From NCBI GenBank assembly GCA_038887515.1, contig JAWAKK010000001.1, forward strand, positions 640,001 through 704,000: 64,000 nucleotides of DNA. The letters are read 5' to 3'. The translations under genes were made by a program, and so were the position numbers. The stretch is from Candidatus Nezhaarchaeales archaeon (lineage in GTDB: Archaea; Thermoproteota; Methanomethylicia; Nezhaarchaeales; WYZ-LMO8). Positions 61,169 through 64,000 of this stretch are shown piece by piece (positions within the stretch are counted from its first letter, which is position 1; every line of letters starts with the position of its first letter). Below the pieces are notes generated by a model. It was not told the DNA's origin. It did not search any database and saw only the letters and a list, made by a program, of their open reading frames with translations.

Positions 61169-62016
61169 AGTTCTTTCACAATCCTCCTCCTAAACCTAAC
61201 AAGTTCTTTACATTTCCTTCTCTTAGGCGAGACTAATAACGCTAGTAAATAAGCGACTGAAGCTGTAATTCCTATGAGGGCACTCGTGGTTACGTTAAGG
61301 ATCAACGATAGAATGAAACCGGAAATCCCTGATGAAATAGATATTAAGAGCGATAGAAGGAGCAACCTCTCTAAGTTATGTGAGAACTCGTAGGCTGAAG
61401 CAGCCGGAGCAATTAGCAGCACGACGGCCAAGATTATGCCCACAACTTTGATTGCTACAACAGAAAATAAAGCTATCAAAATTATCATGGTGTAGTGGTA
61501 TAAAGAAGTCCTCAAGCCCATGGCCTCGGCCCCTTCAGGGTCGAAAGTTATGAACTTAAATTCATCGTAGAAGAGGGCTACTAAGCAAAGTGTTGATGCG
61601 GCAACAATCATCAGCGTGTAGAGATCTATTAGCGAGACGCCTAGCACATCGCCAACTATGAAGGACCAAGCCGTAGCCGTATGCGTACGAGCTAAAGAAA
61701 GAAAGAGTACAGCTAATGCTGTTGAGAGGCCGAATATCATTCCTATGAAAACGTCGGCCTTCCTCTCATTACCTTGACTGACGTAAGCCGTAATCCCCGA
61801 GAACCCTAAACTCATCGCTAAAGCCCCTAATAACGGGTTCACCCCATAGACGGCTGCTATTGACGCTCCAGCAAACGATGAGTGAGTTATGGCCGCACTA
61901 AGCGTTGAAAAGCCCTTCAAGACGGTAAAAGCTCCTACTACGCTCGAAATTATTGAAGCTATTATCACTGCCACAAATGGGTTCAACATGGAGTGATGCA
62001 GTAAAAGGTCAAGCAT
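61165..62016 (-). CDS. Metal (Zn/Mn-type) ABC transporter permease
   Basis: ABC-3 family motifs THSSFAG, GDVL, FDPEGA and VGIIL. Confidence 0.9.
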   Translation of the reverse strand: MLDLLLHHSMLNPFVAVIIASIISSVVGAFTVLKGFSTLSAAITHSSFAGASIAAVYGVNPLLGALAMSLGFSGITAYVSQGNERKADVFIGMIFGLSTALAVLFLSLARTHTATAWSFIVGDVLGVSLIDLYTLMIVAASTLCLVALFYDEFKFITFDPEGAEAMGLRTSLYHYTMIILIALFSVVAIKVVGIILAVVLLIAPAASAYEFSHNLERLLLLSLLISISSGISGFILSLILNVTTSALIGITASVAYLLALLVSPKRRKCKELVRFRRRIVKEL

Positions 62017-62788
62017 GATGATCAGCTCCTGATACCACTATCTTCTCACCGGCTCTAATTACGGATACCCTCCTCATGAAGGTCTTCGACAACAAGTACT
62101 CGTTCAAGACATCATAGCTCCTACCGATGGCTATTATTGTTCTATTGAGCAACATTACGTAGTCCGAGATCTCCATGAGTGGGTTTAGGTCGTGAGTTAC
62201 CATGATCACTGTAACTCCTTTATCGGCCTCCGCCCTCAAAACCTTCAATATTACATCTTGAGTTGTGGCATCGACTCCTGATAATGGTTCATCCAACAAT
62301 AGGAGTCTCGGCTCAACTGCAAGCGCTCTGGCAATCAGTACTCGTTGTTGCTGACCCCCAGACAAGTGGGCATAGGGTTCATCCCAAAACTCTTCCATCT
62401 CAACCACTTTCAAAGCTCTTTTAGCTGCATCGTAGTCCGCCTTAGTCAACCTCCTACACCATCCTCTTTTTGCAATTCTTCCCATTAAGACTACATCCTT
62501 AACTAGGAGGGGCTTTGTAGGGTCTATCCTCTCTCTTTGAGGGACATACCCCGTATACTTCCTTACTTCGTAACGTTCACGCGGTACTTCATGCTCCAAA
62601 ACCCTTATGGTACCATTAACCGGGTTTACCATTCCTAAGAGAGCCTTGAGTAGCGTGGTCTTACCAGAACCGTTGGGACCGACGATAGATAGAAAAGCTG
62701 GCTTCTTGAGCTCGAACGTGACGTCTTCTAAAGCCATCTTATCTCCGTACGCTACAGAAAGATTTTTAACAGATATGACTGTGCTCAT
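62009..62788 (-). CDS. Metal ABC transporter ATPase
   Basis: GPNGSGKTT, GYVPQ, LSGGQQQR, LDEP and VTHD motifs. Confidence 0.92.
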   Translation of the reverse strand: MSTVISVKNLSVAYGDKMALEDVTFELKKPAFLSIVGPNGSGKTTLLKALLGMVNPVNGTIRVLEHEVPRERYEVRKYTGYVPQRERIDPTKPLLVKDVVLMGRIAKRGWCRRLTKADYDAAKRALKVVEMEEFWDEPYAHLSGGQQQRVLIARALAVEPRLLLLDEPLSGVDATTQDVILKVLRAEADKGVTVIMVTHDLNPLMEISDYVMLLNRTIIAIGRSYDVLNEYLLSKTFMRRVSVIRAGEKIVVSGADHHA

Positions 62789-63801
62789 TGAGTCCTCAAC
62801 CTCAGTATTAATACTGCTTCGACTATCGCTATTGCGGCCAAAGCTATCGTAGATATAACAAATGCGTCCATAGTTGGCGGTCTCGAAGATGGTGCCGCCG
62901 GTAGAAGCTCCACAAAGTGCGAGGCGATAATAACGATATTGCGCTTTATGAAGCTAACGTAGTCGTCGTCCGTGGACATTGGTATCCCATATAGATAAGC
63001 CATTCGAGCTCCAGACGCCTCTGAGACCTGTTGTGCAATACGACCTTCATCTCCTTCACTTTGAGTAGCAGATACAATTATCAAAGTGGAGGTTTTTGCT
63101 CTTTCTATTGCTTCACTTATATCTCGAGGACCAGGTAGACCCTCGCCCCTGATAATTGTACATGTTACGTCTAGCCCAAGCCACTCTGCGAGAGGCTCAA
63201 AGTGATCTGCAACAAGCACTACCTTTCTGCCTTTGAAGCCTTTACCTTCTAACCTTTTCACTACATCATCGATGTCTTGAAGCCATAACTTGAGGGCTTC
63301 AATCTTAACTTCAAATTCGCGCGCTTGGCTATAGTAGTAGTTTGAGTTTAATGGATCCAATTCCGACATCACTTCGGCTATCCTCTTGGCCAATACCTTA
63401 GCGTTATCGGGATGAAGCCACAGGTAGTGTGGATTATTGTCCCTTATAAAGGCCCCCTTCCCGACCCAGTCACTCCACGATAATACTCTCCCCTTAGGCT
63501 GAGGCAACGTGCCTAAGAACTCCTCCTTCCCTACGCTTATGAAGAGGTTGCAAGATTCTATGAGTAGTAGATCTTCGGGGGTGGGAGAATAGTGATGAGG
63601 GTCAACTCCAGCTTGTGCTAGTACACGGATCTCAGCTTTATCTCCTACGACTTCTTTAGCTATGAGGTAAAGGGGGCTTATGGTCACTACTACGATAGGT
63701 CTATCAGAAACATCAGCAGCATGAGTATAGAATGTTTGAGATAACGTGAATACTAGGAAGCAAAGAAGAAGTAGGCTAGATAACATTTTTCTCCATTCCA
63801 T
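62785..63801 (-). CDS. Metal ABC transporter substrate-binding protein (ZnuA/TroA family)
   Basis: Signal peptide, DPHHYSPTP, NPHYLWL and DHF motifs, C-terminal TM anchor. Confidence 0.9.
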   Translation of the reverse strand: MEWRKMLSSLLLLCFLVFTLSQTFYTHAADVSDRPIVVVTISPLYLIAKEVVGDKAEIRVLAQAGVDPHHYSPTPEDLLLIESCNLFISVGKEEFLGTLPQPKGRVLSWSDWVGKGAFIRDNNPHYLWLHPDNAKVLAKRIAEVMSELDPLNSNYYYSQAREFEVKIEALKLWLQDIDDVVKRLEGKGFKGRKVVLVADHFEPLAEWLGLDVTCTIIRGEGLPGPRDISEAIERAKTSTLIIVSATQSEGDEGRIAQQVSEASGARMAYLYGIPMSTDDDYVSFIKRNIVIIASHFVELLPAAPSSRPPTMDAFVISTIALAAIAIVEAVLILRLRTQ

Positions 63802-63804
63802 ACA

Positions 63805-63888
63805 ATAAAAAAGTGTTAAGGTGATATATTAAAATTTTTCTTAAAAATTATTAAAAATATTAAAAGATTCCGGTATATAAATTAATAT
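63805..63888. promoter_or_regulatory. Divergent AT-rich promoter/operator region
   Basis: ATATATTAA...TTAATATAT inverted ends and repeated TTAAAA units between the ABC operon and the regulator. Confidence 0.5.
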
Positions 63889-64000
63889 ATGGTGAAGAGC
63901 TCTGACTATAATAACTTTTTCGATCACGGAAGAACTTGAAAAGAACTTGGATGAAGCTGTAAAGCGCATGGGCTTTGTGAGTAGATCCGAAGCGATAAGG
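63889..64000 (+). CDS. NikR/CopG ribbon-helix-helix regulator, partial
   Basis: MVKSSLTIITFSITEELEKNLDEAVKRMGFVSRSEAIR, matching the NikR-like GY.SRSEAIR motif. Confidence 0.8.

Noticed and set aside
2225-62852. Numerous short antisense ORFs in the six-frame track
   Set aside because: They are shadows of well-supported genes on the opposite strand, with Ser/Leu-rich, motif-less translations.
1-64000. CRISPR arrays, IS elements, inteins, tRNA introns
   Set aside because: None were seen: no regularly spaced repeats, no transposase motifs, RNR/helicases have normal lengths and both tRNAs are uninterrupted.

Overview
This is an archaeal chromosome segment. Its gene content is Thermoproteota-like: a short-N-terminus Elp3, XPB-Bax1, PINA and a Mrp-type Mbh hydrogenase. 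Combined with a complete ACDS operon and an FrhB/FpoF-like gene, this suggests an anaerobic, Wood-Ljungdahl-positive lineage such as Nezhaarchaeota (taxonomy is inference). From start to end it holds: a DNA-repair cluster (mre11-rad50-nurA-herA converging on xpb-bax1); lipid and glycan genes (mvk, GDPD, aglH-like, DUF354); PINA; cdhABCDE plus cooC; a mosaic of gene fragments that includes relics of a second diverged cdhE-cooC copy; a DUF3786-like gene; tRNA-Val followed by a decaying island; a divergently split Mrp/Mbh group 4 [NiFe]-hydrogenase whose catalytic operon ends in an F420-binding FrhB/FpoF-like subunit; leuS; tldD/pmbA; tRNA-Gln; a probable C/D box sRNA; class II RNR with cobO; Trk/MscS; KaiC with its regulator; and a metal ABC transporter opposite a NikR-like regulator. 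The best candidate for an undescribed system is the FpoF-equipped Mrp-Mbh hydrogenase next to ACDS. No CRISPR array, transposase, integrase or intein was seen. All assignments come from motif recognition by eye, with no database searches.
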